NCBI GenBank assembly: GCA_037443605.1
Contig: JBBIOA010000017.1
Span: 20,739 to 84,738 of the forward strand
Length of the DNA stretch: 64,000 nt
Reading direction: 5' to 3'
Origin: Terriglobales bacterium
Lineage (GTDB): Bacteria > Acidobacteriota > Terriglobia > Terriglobales > Acidobacteriaceae
In this document: piece by piece, positions 1 through 9,480 of the stretch
How positions within the stretch are numbered: position 1 is the stretch's first letter
How the letters are laid out: each line of letters starts with the position of its first letter
Translations under genes and position numbers: made by a program
The notes under the pieces: generated by a model
Databases searched by the model: none
What the model was told of the DNA's origin: nothing
Seen by the model: the letters and a program-made list of their open reading frames with translations, nothing else

Positions 1-755
1 GCGAGGTCGGCGAAGAACAGATGGTGATTGACGATGATGATGTCGCTCTCCATCGCCTTGCGCCGCATTTCGGTGATGAAGCAGCGGTCGAACTGGCTGC
101 ATTTCTGCCCGGTGCAGGCGTCGGCGCGCGCGTCGAGCTTGTGCCAGAGCAGGCTCGCTTCCGGGAGTTCTGCGAGTTCGGCGCGGTCGCCCGTGGAAGT
201 GTTCTTTTCCCAGGCGGCGATGGCACGATATTGCTCGATCTCCTCGAGGCCGCTGAGCACCGGCTGATCGGTCAGGTCGTAGAGCTTCTTGCGGCAGAGA
301 TAATTGTTGCGGCCCTTCATGTAGCAGACGGAGAGGCGGCGGTCGCTTGACTCGCCGAAGAGGGCTTTTTCGAGGAATGGGACATCTTTGTAGAAAAGTT
401 GCTCCTGAAGATTCTTGGTTCCGGTAGAGACGATGACGCGCTTGCCGGAGCGGATGGCGGGCACGAGATAGGCGAGCGTTTTGCCGGTTCCGGTGCCGGC
501 TTCCACGATCAGGTGGCGCTTTTCTTCAAGCGCCTGTTCGACGGCCTGGGCCATCTGCAACTGTCCGCGGCGGAATTCGTAGGCAGGATGGTTGCGCGAG
601 AGGACTCCGCCGGGAGCGAAGAATTGGTAAAGGGAGGCAGTGCTGCCGTCCGCAGTCGAGGTGTTCGACGCCGGAAATGAAGCGGGTTTCGAGGGAGGAG
701 GCACGGCAGTCTCTATAATAGCTATTCGCGCAGAGAAGGGCAGGCTCGTCAACAT
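1..755 (-). CDS. DinG/XPD-like Fe-S ATP-dependent DNA helicase, N-terminal part (continues beyond the left window edge)
   Basis: My own translation of the minus strand; it is absent from the ORF track because no stop lies in the window. It reads ...RRGQLQMAQAVEQALEEKRHLIVEAGTGTGKTLAYLVPAI (Walker A), then CYMKGRNNYLC ... CTGQKCSQFDRC (4-Cys Fe-S module), then IIIVNHHLFFADL. An ATG at 755 is the most upstream start; the true start is uncertain. Confidence 0.7.
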   Translation of the reverse strand, partial: MLTSLPFSARIAIIETAVPPPSKPASFPASNTSTADGSTASLYQFFAPGGVLSRNHPAYEFRRGQLQMAQAVEQALEEKRHLIVEAGTGTGKTLAYLVPAIRSGKRVIVSTGTKNLQEQLFYKDVPFLEKALFGESSDRRLSVCYMKGRNNYLCRKKLYDLTDQPVLSGLEEIEQYRAIAAWEKNTSTGDRAELAELPEASLLWHKLDARADACTGQKCSQFDRCFITEMRRKAMESDIIIVNHHLFFADL

Positions 756-776
756 CCGCCGGACCGCGCAAGCCTC

Positions 777-2210
777 ATGTCGACAAGATCCTCAACAACT
801 CCGCTCATCGCCATCGTCGGACGGCCGAACGTGGGCAAGTCCACTCTGTTTAACCGCATTGTGGGATCGCGGAGGGCCATTGTGGGCGACGAGCCCGGCA
901 TCACGCGCGATCGACTGTATGGCGAGGCGGAGTGGCGCGGGCGGAGGTTTCGGATTGTCGATACGGGCGGAATTCTGCCTGAGGACAAGGACCTGATTCC
1001 GTCGGAGATTTTTCGCCAGGCGCGGGTGGCGCTCGACGAAGCGGCAGCGATTGTGATGGTGGTGGACGGGCGCACGGAACTCGCAGGGCCAGATATGGAA
1101 CTGGTGCGGTTGCTGCGCAAGGCCAACCGGCCATTGTTTCTCGCCGTGAACAAGGCGGATAGCGAAAAACAGATCGGCATGGTCGATGACTTTCATCGGC
1201 TGGGTGTGAAGCAGATGTATGCAATTTCCGCGGAGCACGGGCGCGGGGTGGATGATCTGCTGGACGCGGTGATTGCCGAGTTTCCGCAGGAAAGCCTCAC
1301 CACCGGGGACACAGAGGTCACAGAGGAAACCGGCGCAGAGCCAACGACCGACGGCCAACAACCAACGACTGAGGTAAAGGTGGCCATCATCGGGCATCCG
1401 AACGTGGGGAAATCCACGCTGCTGAATTGCCTGACGGGATCGGATCGGGCGATCGTTTCTCCGATTCCGGGCACGACACGAGACGCAGTGGATGAGGTTG
1501 TGGAACGCAATGGGCGAACCTTTCGATTCATCGATACGGCCGGCATCCGCCGCAAGGGCAAGACGCATCTGATGGCCGAGAAGCTATCGGTGGTGATGGC
1601 GCGCAAGCATCTGGAAGATGCCGACGTTGCGCTGCTAGTGATCGACGCGACCGAGGGCGTCAGCCAGCTCGATGCATCGATTGCAGGTTATGCGCATGAG
1701 AGCGGGCGTTCGGTGATCATCGTCGTGAACAAGTGGGATTTGGTGATCAGCGGAAAGCCCAAAACCGGCAGGCCGACCAAAGCGGATCGCATGCGCGAAT
1801 CGAAACGTCCGGGCGACCGCAGCGCGTACGAAGAGCGCCTGCGGTACGAATTGAAGTTCCTGAGCTACGCTCCGGTGGTCTTCATCTCGGCGCAGAACGG
1901 CAAGGGCACAGAGCAAATTCTTCCTTTACTCGAGCAAGTGGCCGACGAACGGCGCAAGCGCATCCCCACGTCGGAGATGAATCGGTTTATTGAGAAAGTG
2001 GATTTCGAGCGCGCTTCGGTGCCCATGCGGCAGCGGGTGAAGATTCTCTACATGACGCAGGCATCAGTGGCCCCGCCCACATTCGTGCTGTTCACCAACC
2101 GGGCAGTGAAGCTGCATTTTTCGTATCAGAGATTTCTGGAAAACCGGATTCGCGACGCGTTTGGGTTTGTGGGGACGCCGATTTGGATTAAGAACAGAGC
2201 GAGGGAGTAG
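777..2210 (+). CDS. der: Ribosome-associated GTPase Der/EngA
   Basis: Two tandem GTPase domains with G1 loops GRPNVGKSTLFN and GHPNVGKSTLLN, G3 DTGG/DTAG and G4 NKAD/NKWD, an acidic linker and a KH-like C-terminus. Confidence 0.95.
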   Translation: MSTRSSTTPLIAIVGRPNVGKSTLFNRIVGSRRAIVGDEPGITRDRLYGEAEWRGRRFRIVDTGGILPEDKDLIPSEIFRQARVALDEAAAIVMVVDGRTELAGPDMELVRLLRKANRPLFLAVNKADSEKQIGMVDDFHRLGVKQMYAISAEHGRGVDDLLDAVIAEFPQESLTTGDTEVTEETGAEPTTDGQQPTTEVKVAIIGHPNVGKSTLLNCLTGSDRAIVSPIPGTTRDAVDEVVERNGRTFRFIDTAGIRRKGKTHLMAEKLSVVMARKHLEDADVALLVIDATEGVSQLDASIAGYAHESGRSVIIVVNKWDLVISGKPKTGRPTKADRMRESKRPGDRSAYEERLRYELKFLSYAPVVFISAQNGKGTEQILPLLEQVADERRKRIPTSEMNRFIEKVDFERASVPMRQRVKILYMTQASVAPPTFVLFTNRAVKLHFSYQRFLENRIRDAFGFVGTPIWIKNRARE

Positions 2211-2213
2211 ACG

Positions 2214-2735
2214 TTAAGGATGAGCAGATACGGTTGCCCTTCGCTGATCCGCGAGGAACGCTACTCTCAAAATGCCCGCCGAGCGTACTCCATCCAGCAC
2301 GGGCTTCACCGCACGCCACTGTGCATCGATGTCAGCCCTGATGTAGACCTTTCGCTCGACGCCGCGATCTTTGAGGCGCTCCGCGATCTTCTCCAGCAAT
2401 GAATTGGGGTCAATTTCATCGGTGCCGAAATAAGTTCGGCCATCGCGAGAGATGACTATGCTCAATGCGTCCTCGCGTGCGGCGCCAGCCATTGAGATTG
2501 GATGAGAGACCTTCGGCAGTTCAGGGCCGCCACAGTGAAAAGGTGGGGTCTGCACCATCGACACAACGAGCGGGACGAGCACTACCATCACCATGACGCT
2601 GGCGAACTGCAGCGTATTGAAGTCGCTGAAGAGCTTCGGCGGTCTGCGCCACGTTCGAAGCATGGCAGTCCCTGGAATCATTTCACCATCTCCTGGCCTC
2701 GCAGGAAGGTGACGATCGTCACCGCTGGGGGTCAC
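2214..2735 (-). CDS. ExbD/TolR-family biopolymer transport protein (paralog 2)
   Basis: One TM helix (FASVMVMVVLVPLVV) followed by a periplasmic ExbD-type domain (VISRDGRTYFG...VYIRADIDAQWRAVKPVLD). A GTGA start/stop overlap with the upstream exbD-like gene suggests translational coupling. Confidence 0.7.
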   Translation of the reverse strand: MTPSGDDRHLPARPGDGEMIPGTAMLRTWRRPPKLFSDFNTLQFASVMVMVVLVPLVVSMVQTPPFHCGGPELPKVSHPISMAGAAREDALSIVISRDGRTYFGTDEIDPNSLLEKIAERLKDRGVERKVYIRADIDAQWRAVKPVLDGVRSAGILRVAFLADQRRATVSAHP

Positions 2736-3178
2736 TCTCCCTCCACCATCCGGTCTTGCGTCAGCAGGCCAATGCGGTCCACGCCTGCATGGTGGGCCAC
2801 GTCGATGACTTCGGCGACGTACTGAAAGTCGACATCCTTGTCGCCGCGGACGAACGCTACTTTCTCGGCGCGCGTCAGGTAGATGCGGGAAAGGCGCTCG
2901 TACAGGTCATCCCATCGGACATCCTCGCGATTGATCTTCACCACTGGCGACTGATCTTTTCCGGTCCAAGCCACCTCGATGACGACAGTACGCACGGGAG
3001 GCGGAGCGTTTGCAGTCTGCTTCTGATCGGGCTGCGGGATTTGCGTCTTTTCTTGATATTCCTTGTCCATGGAGACGACGACCATGAACACGACGATCAG
3101 CGTAAGCAGCACGTCGATCAGCGGGGTGACATTGATTTGAGGCCGGGACGGGCCTCCGCCTGCCATGGAGAACGCCAT
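2732..3178 (-). CDS. ExbD/TolR-family biopolymer transport protein (paralog 1)
   Basis: Has the N-terminal INVTPLIDVLLTLIVVFMVV signature and a C-terminal ...KVAFVRGDKDVDFQYVAEVIDVAHHAGVDRIGL typical of ExbD. Confidence 0.8.
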   Translation of the reverse strand: MAFSMAGGGPSRPQINVTPLIDVLLTLIVVFMVVVSMDKEYQEKTQIPQPDQKQTANAPPPVRTVVIEVAWTGKDQSPVVKINREDVRWDDLYERLSRIYLTRAEKVAFVRGDKDVDFQYVAEVIDVAHHAGVDRIGLLTQDRMVEGE

Positions 3179-3445
3179 AGTGTTTTGCTCCTCTCAGGCA
3201 CGCGTGTCTGGGAGATCAGACACCCGGACGGAGCGCGGAGTTCCCGCGAGCTGCATTTCGGCGAAACGACTTATTTTGTGCAGGCGAGATACTTCCGCGC
3301 GCTGGGGAAACGCGCGCGTTCGGGATGACGCCACATTCGCGGGTTCCTGCGAATTGGCCGCGGTTGCGCGTTTCTGCGAAAACCGTGCATGATGGAACCA
3401 GATGGTCGCGCGTGGTGTCGGGCGGCCAGAGAATGGCCCTTGCCC

Positions 3446-4246
3446 ATGGCGCGTCCAGCACAGATTCTCGCCGTCATCGTCATCACGATTCTTTGCCTGC
3501 TGACTCCCCGTGCGGTCAAGGCGCAGGACAACTACGAAATCCAGGTCTATGGCGTCGATACGGTCGCGCCGCGCTCGACCATGGTGGAGATTCATTCCAA
3601 CTTCACCATCGACGGCAGCAAGACCGTGCAGGACGGCGTGCTGCCCACCAATCACGCCGAACACGAGACGCTGGAAATCACGCAGGGGATCAACGACTGG
3701 GCGGAAGTTGGCTTCTACGTGTTCACCAGCATTCAGCCGGATAGCGGCTGGCAGTGGGTGGGGGATCACATCCGGCCACGGGTGCGGGTTCCGGAGCGCT
3801 GGCACTGGCCGGTGGGCGTGAGTTTGTCGCAGGAGATTGGGTATCAACGGGCTGCATTTTCCCCGGACACCTGGACTTGGGAAATTCGTCCGATCATCGA
3901 CAAGAAGATCGGACCGTGGTATCTCGCGTTCAATCCGGCGCTGGACAGGTCATTTCACGGGCCGAGCGTGAACAAGGGTGTGGAGTTCTCGCCGAACGTG
4001 AAATTCAGCTATGACTTCACCAAGAAGATTGCCGGGGGGCTGGAGTATTACGCGTCCTATGGATCACTCTCCGGGTTCGACGCGCTCCGCGACCAGCAGC
4101 AGCAATTCGTCCCCACCATCGACGTAGATTTTGGACCGGACTGGGAGTTCAACTTCGGCGTCGGCGTGGGGACAACGCACGCCACCGATCATTTGCTGGT
4201 GAAGTGCATTGTTGGGCGGCGCTTTTCCTGGCCTCATAAGAAATAG
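3446..4246 (+). CDS. Putative outer-membrane beta-barrel protein (transporter-like), secreted
   Basis: Signal peptide MARPAQILAVIVITILCLLTPRAVKAQ. The sequence is aromatic and Gly-rich with alternating beta-strand-like patterns and an aromatic residue near the C-terminus (RRFSW). The start was chosen at the internal ATG preceding the signal peptide. Confidence 0.45.
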   Translation: MARPAQILAVIVITILCLLTPRAVKAQDNYEIQVYGVDTVAPRSTMVEIHSNFTIDGSKTVQDGVLPTNHAEHETLEITQGINDWAEVGFYVFTSIQPDSGWQWVGDHIRPRVRVPERWHWPVGVSLSQEIGYQRAAFSPDTWTWEIRPIIDKKIGPWYLAFNPALDRSFHGPSVNKGVEFSPNVKFSYDFTKKIAGGLEYYASYGSLSGFDALRDQQQQFVPTIDVDFGPDWEFNFGVGVGTTHATDHLLVKCIVGRRFSWPHKK

Positions 4247-4252
4247 TCAGGA

Positions 4253-5509
4253 CTACTCGTAGCGCAAAGCTTCGACGGGATCCAGTTTCGACGCGCGCAG
4301 GGCAGGCACCAGGCCACTGATCACGCCCACGACCAGAAGCACGGCGGCGGATAGCGCCACGGTCATGAGCGAAATGCGCAGGTGGATGTCGCCCTGGCCG
4401 GAATCGTCTTCGAATAGCGGCCCCATCATGGGCAGAGTACCGACCGCCCACGAAATTATGTAGGAAAGCAACACTCCGATCGCTCCGCCGATCAGCATGA
4501 TCAGCAGCGTCTCGGCCAGGAATTGCAGCTTGATGTGGCGCTTGCGGGCGCCCAGGGCGCGACGAAGTCCGATCTCGCGAATGCGCTCGTCGACCGAGAC
4601 GAGCATGATGTTCATCACGCCGACGCCGCCGATACCCAGAGTTAATGTCCCGATAAACGTGAGCAGTACCTGCAAGCCGATGGTGAGCGCGTCAATGACC
4701 GGGCGGAATTCGTCGCGGCCGAACATTTGAAATGCCTTGGGATCGGTGGGCGAAAAGTTTTGCCGAGTGGCGACCGCCGCGAGTACCTGCGCCATGGCTT
4801 TCTTTTCGAACTGGGGAGCGATGGGCTCGAAGACCATGACGGCGGCGTAGCGAGTGTTCCACAAGTCGCCGGCAGCGGAGTAAGGGATCCAGGACGATTC
4901 GTCGTCGCTCGAAAAATAGTTGCTGAGCTGGATTTTGCGGGCCATCACGCCAATCACCGTGAAGCGAACGCCCGACACGAGGACCGTTTCGCCAACGGCG
5001 GGGCGGCCGCTGAATAGCTGCTCCTTCAACCGGCCACCGAGAAAGATCACGCGGCGGCGTTCCAGTTCATCTTCGGCATTGATCCATCGGCCTTCCGACG
5101 GGACTTCGTTACGCATCTCGCCATATTCGGGACAGACGCCGCGAACCGGAGCGGTGCCCACCATGCGGTCGCCATAGGCAATGCCGGGACGGCGAACGGT
5201 CTCGCGGCACACATGTTTCACGAGCGGAGCCGTCGCTTTCACCATGTCGATGTCTGCTTGCTCGATGACCACCTTCTTGCCGGCGCGCTGTCCGCCGGGT
5301 TGCTCGCTGGTTTGCTGCGGCCAGCAGATGACGACGCTCTTCCCGAAGGCATCGAAACCGTGGACCAGCACGCTGCGAAAACTGTTGCCGTAGGCGATGA
5401 GCAACGTCACCGTGGCAATGCCCCAGACAATGCCCAGCATGGTCAGCAGGCTGCGTGTGACGTTGCGCCTTAGCGCGATCCAGGCTTCGAAGATGATTTC
5501 AAACAACAT
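4253..5509 (-). CDS. ABC-transporter permease, MacB-like periplasmic core plus FtsX domain
   Basis: 418 aa. N-terminal TM (RSLLTMLGIVWGIATV), a large periplasmic domain, and a C-terminal 3-TM FtsX module with REIGLRRALGARKRHI. Confidence 0.8.
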   Translation of the reverse strand: MLFEIIFEAWIALRRNVTRSLLTMLGIVWGIATVTLLIAYGNSFRSVLVHGFDAFGKSVVICWPQQTSEQPGGQRAGKKVVIEQADIDMVKATAPLVKHVCRETVRRPGIAYGDRMVGTAPVRGVCPEYGEMRNEVPSEGRWINAEDELERRRVIFLGGRLKEQLFSGRPAVGETVLVSGVRFTVIGVMARKIQLSNYFSSDDESSWIPYSAAGDLWNTRYAAVMVFEPIAPQFEKKAMAQVLAAVATRQNFSPTDPKAFQMFGRDEFRPVIDALTIGLQVLLTFIGTLTLGIGGVGVMNIMLVSVDERIREIGLRRALGARKRHIKLQFLAETLLIMLIGGAIGVLLSYIISWAVGTLPMMGPLFEDDSGQGDIHLRISLMTVALSAAVLLVVGVISGLVPALRASKLDPVEALRYE

Positions 5510-5513
5510 GTTT

Positions 5514-5544
5514 CAAGGTTGCAAGGTTGAAAGGTTGCAAAGTT
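5514..5544. repeat. Octamer-like tandem repeat (AAGGTTGN)x4 in the spacer between the two permease genes
   Basis: Direct reading: caaggttgcaaggttgaaaggttgcaaagtt, ending 5 nt from the downstream permease start codon. No obvious Shine-Dalgarno sequence. Confidence 0.7.
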
Positions 5545-5592
5545 ATGGCTCAGGAATTCAACCGGCTCTACGATTACCAAGATGGCTCGACC

Positions 5593-6852
5593 CTATCCTC
5601 CCGCTTCGTAGCGCAATGCTTCGATGGGATCAATCGACGCAGCGCGCCGTGCGGGATACAGGGCTGCTCCCACGGCGATCGCACCCAGCAACCCGGCCGC
5701 GGTCAGGCCGGAAGTCCAACTCGGCAGCAGCCCGGCGAAGAAGTCGGGCATGGGCAACAGGTTCACCAATGCGCATAGCCCGAACGCGACGCCCAGTCCG
5801 ATGCCTCCACTCAGGAAGGCGATGATCAACGCCTCGAAGAAGAACTGACGAAGGATGGTCGGGGCCGGTGCGCCGATCGCCTTGCGGACACCGATTTCGC
5901 GCGTGCGCTCGCGAACGGCCACCAGCATCACATTCATTACACCCAGGCCACCGAGCAGCAACGTCACAATCCCGACGGCCCCAAGGAAGAACTTCATGCC
6001 ATCGGTCATGGTCTTGAAAGCCTGTGCTTCCTGCACCGTATCCCAGATAGGGCAGGCCTCTTTATCGTTTGGGTCGTAGCGATGCATACGAGCAAGCGCT
6101 GTGCGGACTTCATGCTTGCAGGCATTGTGCTGATCCACCGATCTCGGAGTGACCAGCAACTGATCGAAGGTGGTGTTGGTCCCGGGGGGCTTATCGGGAA
6201 AATCGCGACGCATGGCGGCAAAGGGAACGAAAATTTTGTTGACGTCCCAGCCGTCGTAGCTGGAATCCTGCTTCTTCTTGGCCATCACGCCAATCACGAC
6301 GTAGGGAAAATCATTCAGGTAGACCGTATCGCCAACTGGATTTCGGCCGGGAAACAACTGTTTCGCGGCTTCCGATCCAAGAAACGCCACCCGGCGTGCT
6401 TCCCGCATATCGTTCCAGTCGTAGTAGCGGCCGGTGCCCACGTCGAGACTGCGGACATACGCGAACTCTGGATACGACCCCGTCACCGTGAGGGCTGCGT
6501 TGTTGAAGTTCGAGTGCGTGCGGACGGTGTCCTGCTCCAGTTCTGGAATGGCATATTCGCAGTCCGGAGACTCGGTTTGAACCGCGGGCACGTCGTCGTC
6601 TTCCCAGTGGATGACGCGTCCCGCGTGGGTGCCGCCCGCTTGCAGGCTGGTGCGGCCGTGGAACACGATCATGACGTCTTTGCCAAGGTTGCGCGCCTGC
6701 TCCGCCTGGCCTTTGCGTAATCCCTCCCCGGCGGCGACCATGAGCACGATGGAGACGACGCCCCAGGCGATCCCAAACATGGTCAGGAACGCGCGAAGCT
6801 TGTGCGCCCACAGTGTGCGGAGCACGTCAAGCATGAGGTCGCGCAAAGTCAT
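5593..6852 (-). CDS. ABC-transporter permease, MacB-like periplasmic core plus FtsX domain (paralog)
   Basis: 419 aa with the same architecture as 4253-5509 (RAFLTMFGIAWGVVSI ... REIGVRKAIGAPAPTI). Confidence 0.8.
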   Translation of the reverse strand: MTLRDLMLDVLRTLWAHKLRAFLTMFGIAWGVVSIVLMVAAGEGLRKGQAEQARNLGKDVMIVFHGRTSLQAGGTHAGRVIHWEDDDVPAVQTESPDCEYAIPELEQDTVRTHSNFNNAALTVTGSYPEFAYVRSLDVGTGRYYDWNDMREARRVAFLGSEAAKQLFPGRNPVGDTVYLNDFPYVVIGVMAKKKQDSSYDGWDVNKIFVPFAAMRRDFPDKPPGTNTTFDQLLVTPRSVDQHNACKHEVRTALARMHRYDPNDKEACPIWDTVQEAQAFKTMTDGMKFFLGAVGIVTLLLGGLGVMNVMLVAVRERTREIGVRKAIGAPAPTILRQFFFEALIIAFLSGGIGLGVAFGLCALVNLLPMPDFFAGLLPSWTSGLTAAGLLGAIAVGAALYPARRAASIDPIEALRYEAGG

Positions 6853-6959
6853 GGCAATGGATTGGACGTGGACCGGGCGCGAACGTAACCCAGTCCAGCT
6901 ACGGGTAGATACGCGCGGAACGAGGCCTTTGTTCGGTCAAAGTTTAGGTCGAAATAGGG

Positions 6960-8306
6960 TTAAGTCTGGGTCGGGACGGGCCCGGCCAGTTCCAGCCAGG
7001 CATCGAATTCGCGCAGCGCGGCCTCGCATTGCAGGCGGCGACGCTCTTTCCGGTCGCGGACTTTCTGCTCCAGCGGCGGAAGCAGATCGAAGGTGATGTT
7101 TGCCGGCTGGAAGTTCCGGGCGTCGGCGTGGGTGACGTAGTGCGTGAGTGAACCGAAGGCCGACGCGCGCGGAACCGGGGGAATCTCGGTTCCGAGAGCA
7201 AGGGCGGCGGCATGCATTCCAGCCAGCTGGCCGGTGGCGATGGACTCGACGTATCCCTCGACGCCGCAGATCTGTCCGGCGAAGAAGACGTGCGGGTGCG
7301 CTTTCATCTGCAGCGTTTCGCGCAACAGTGTCGGCGCGTTGATATAGGTGTTGCGATGAATCTGGCCGTAGCGGAGGAAGCGGGCATTCTCTAATCCCGG
7401 AATCAGCCGCAGGACGCGTGCCTGCTCGCCGAACTTGAGGTGATTCTGGAAGCCAACAAGATTGTAGGAATCCGCGCGCAGATTTTCCTGTCGCAACTGC
7501 ACGACGGCATGGGGAGTGCGGCCAGTTTTCGGATCTCGCAGACCAACCGGCTTCATCGGGCCGAAACGCAGCGTGTCGCGTCCGCGGCGGGCGATTTCTT
7601 CGATCGGCAGGCAGCCCTCGAAGTAGTTGAGGTTCTCCCAATCGCGCTCCTCCACAGATTGCGCGGCCAGCAGCGCGTCGTAAAAGCGGTCGTATTCCTG
7701 CGGAGTCATGGGGCAGTTGATGTAGTCTGCCGAGCCCTTGTCGTAACGCGCGGCCATGTAAACACGGGACATGTCGATGGAGTCGGCTTCGACGATGGGG
7801 CTGATGGAGTCGAAGAAATAGAGGTGCGGATTTGCCGAATTCCCGGGATTGGCCGACAGACGGGCGATTTCAGCGGCCAGCGCTTCCGATGTCAGCGGGC
7901 CCGTGGCGATGATGGTCTGCGCCGTGGGATCGATCGAGGTCGCTTCTTCTCGACGAACCGTGATGCGAGTCTCCTGAGAGATGGCCTCGGTAACGCGGGC
8001 AGCGAAGGTCACGCGATCCACGGCCAGGGCATGTCCGGCGGGAACGGAGCACTCGCGGGCCATTCGCAGCAGCCGCGAATCGGCGCGCCGCATTTCTTCT
8101 TTCAGCAACCAGGGCGCAGTATTTTCGCTGTCCGACTTCAGCGAGTTCGAGCAGACCAGTTCGGCGAAGTCCGCAGTTTGATGCGCGGGCGTGTTGCGCA
8201 CCGGGCGCATTTCGAACAACTCCACGTGCACGCCCCGCCGGGCACACTGCCACGCCGCTTCCGATCCAGCGAGTCCTGCTCCGATGATGCGCACATTCTT
8301 TGTCAC
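6960..8306 (-). CDS. trmFO: Methylenetetrahydrofolate--tRNA-(uracil54-C5)-methyltransferase TrmFO
   Basis: 448 aa. N-terminal FAD fold IIGAGLAGSEAAWQ, then NTPAHQTADFAELVCSNSLKS and FFAGQICGVEGYVESIATG, all typical of TrmFO/Gid. Confidence 0.9.
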   Translation of the reverse strand: MTKNVRIIGAGLAGSEAAWQCARRGVHVELFEMRPVRNTPAHQTADFAELVCSNSLKSDSENTAPWLLKEEMRRADSRLLRMARECSVPAGHALAVDRVTFAARVTEAISQETRITVRREEATSIDPTAQTIIATGPLTSEALAAEIARLSANPGNSANPHLYFFDSISPIVEADSIDMSRVYMAARYDKGSADYINCPMTPQEYDRFYDALLAAQSVEERDWENLNYFEGCLPIEEIARRGRDTLRFGPMKPVGLRDPKTGRTPHAVVQLRQENLRADSYNLVGFQNHLKFGEQARVLRLIPGLENARFLRYGQIHRNTYINAPTLLRETLQMKAHPHVFFAGQICGVEGYVESIATGQLAGMHAAALALGTEIPPVPRASAFGSLTHYVTHADARNFQPANITFDLLPPLEQKVRDRKERRRLQCEAALREFDAWLELAGPVPTQT

Positions 8307-8414
8307 TTGGACCTTTTCGGAGTCAACGCCGAGGCATGCTCAGTGTAAAGCAGGAATCACTCGAGGGCGAGTTCAGGCAGGGGCTTCCGAAGGAATGGCC
8401 GAGTCCGGAATCGG

Positions 8415-8873
8415 TCAGTGCACAATCGGGGTGGCCTGGGCGGCGACGCACACCCAGGTAGAGTTCTTGTAGACCCAAGTATCGACAAACCGCCCGCGGC
8501 GCGTGACCAGCCTGGCGTTTTCGAATGAGGTGGCCTGGTAAACTCCGGTCACGATGGCGGTATCCCCATGGATTTGCACAGACATGGATTGCGTGACGAC
8601 TTGCTGCAGATGGGCGCTTCTGGCGTGTTCCAGGAATGCCGCCTTGGTGAAAAGCGACCCATCGGCATCCACATACACCAGGGCATTATCGAAGAGCGAG
8701 TCCAGAGATTTCACGTCATGGAACGCCTCGGCTTGGTTCCAGGCGTGTTCCAGGGCGAGAATCTTCGAACGCGCGGACCCATCAGGGTTATCTTGCGCCC
8801 GCGCAGGCGCCAGAAGTCCGATCGTCCCGAGGATGAAGATGCAAACGGCGAGACGGCAGCCACGACTCCTCAT
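8415..8873 (-). CDS. Secreted SnoaL-like/DUF4440 (NTF2-fold) protein
   Basis: Signal peptide ending APARAQ. Contains ILALEHAWNQAEAFHDVKSLDSLFDNALVYVDADG and C-terminal RFVDTWVYKNSTWVCVAAQATPI. Confidence 0.6.
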   Translation of the reverse strand: MRSRGCRLAVCIFILGTIGLLAPARAQDNPDGSARSKILALEHAWNQAEAFHDVKSLDSLFDNALVYVDADGSLFTKAAFLEHARSAHLQQVVTQSMSVQIHGDTAIVTGVYQATSFENARLVTRRGRFVDTWVYKNSTWVCVAAQATPIVH

Positions 8874-8942
8874 ATGGACTGGTATCGGCAGTTCAGCCCG
8901 ATACTTTAGGGATCGTGCGGCGCGCGGCGGGGCTGGCCGGGC

Positions 8943-9389
8943 CTAGTGGAGAACGGGAGTGGCGTTGGTGGCGATGCAGACCCAATGCCCGGCCTTGTAC
9001 AGCCAGGTGTCGACGAAGCGCTCCGCGCGCGAGTAGGCCTTGCCGTGCTCGGTTCCTTTCACCCGCATCACTCCGCTGGCGATGGCGACCGCGCCATACA
9101 CATGCACGGTGAGCGACTCCGGCGAGACCTGCTGTTGTTGCGCGCTGGCGGGCGGAGCGGCTTTCACGCTGGCCAGAAACTCGGCCTTGGTCTGCACGGA
9201 ACCGTCATCGTTAATCAGCACAATCGCGTCATCCAGAATCGAATCGAGCGCTTTGATGTCGCCCGCCTTGTAGGCTTGATTCCAGAGTTGCTCGAGGGCT
9301 GCCACCTTCGATTTGGCCTCGGACTCGGACTGGGCAAGAACCGAGCAGGGCAGCAGATACAGCAGCAAGAGAGTTCCGGCGAGCCTCAT
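8943..9389 (-). CDS. Secreted SnoaL-like/DUF4440 protein (tandem paralog)
   Basis: Start taken at the internal ATG (MRLAGTLLLLYLLPCSVLAQ signal peptide). Contains VAALEQLWNQAYKAGDIKALDSILDDAIVLINDDG ... RFVDTWLYKAGHWVCIATNATPV, parallel to 8415-8873. Confidence 0.6.
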   Translation of the reverse strand: MRLAGTLLLLYLLPCSVLAQSESEAKSKVAALEQLWNQAYKAGDIKALDSILDDAIVLINDDGSVQTKAEFLASVKAAPPASAQQQQVSPESLTVHVYGAVAIASGVMRVKGTEHGKAYSRAERFVDTWLYKAGHWVCIATNATPVLH

Positions 9390-9480
9390 CCTTCGTTCAC
9401 CCCCGGCAAAACGCCTGACTGGATTATGGAACATGCCAGATGGCTGACAAGTATCGAGTTCTATCCGCGGAGGTAAGTGG

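Noticed and set aside
714-719. TATAAT hexamer upstream of der as its promoter
   Set aside because: There is no acceptable -35 at 17-bp spacing. The hexamer also falls inside the most likely N-terminal coding region of the divergent DinG-like gene. The evidence is too weak to list as a feature.
3194-3847. 217-aa minus-strand ORF upstream of the exbD pair (a candidate for the missing exbB)
   Set aside because: It has no TM helices or MotA/ExbB motifs. It is His/Arg/Pro-rich and overlaps the better-supported plus-strand barrel gene.
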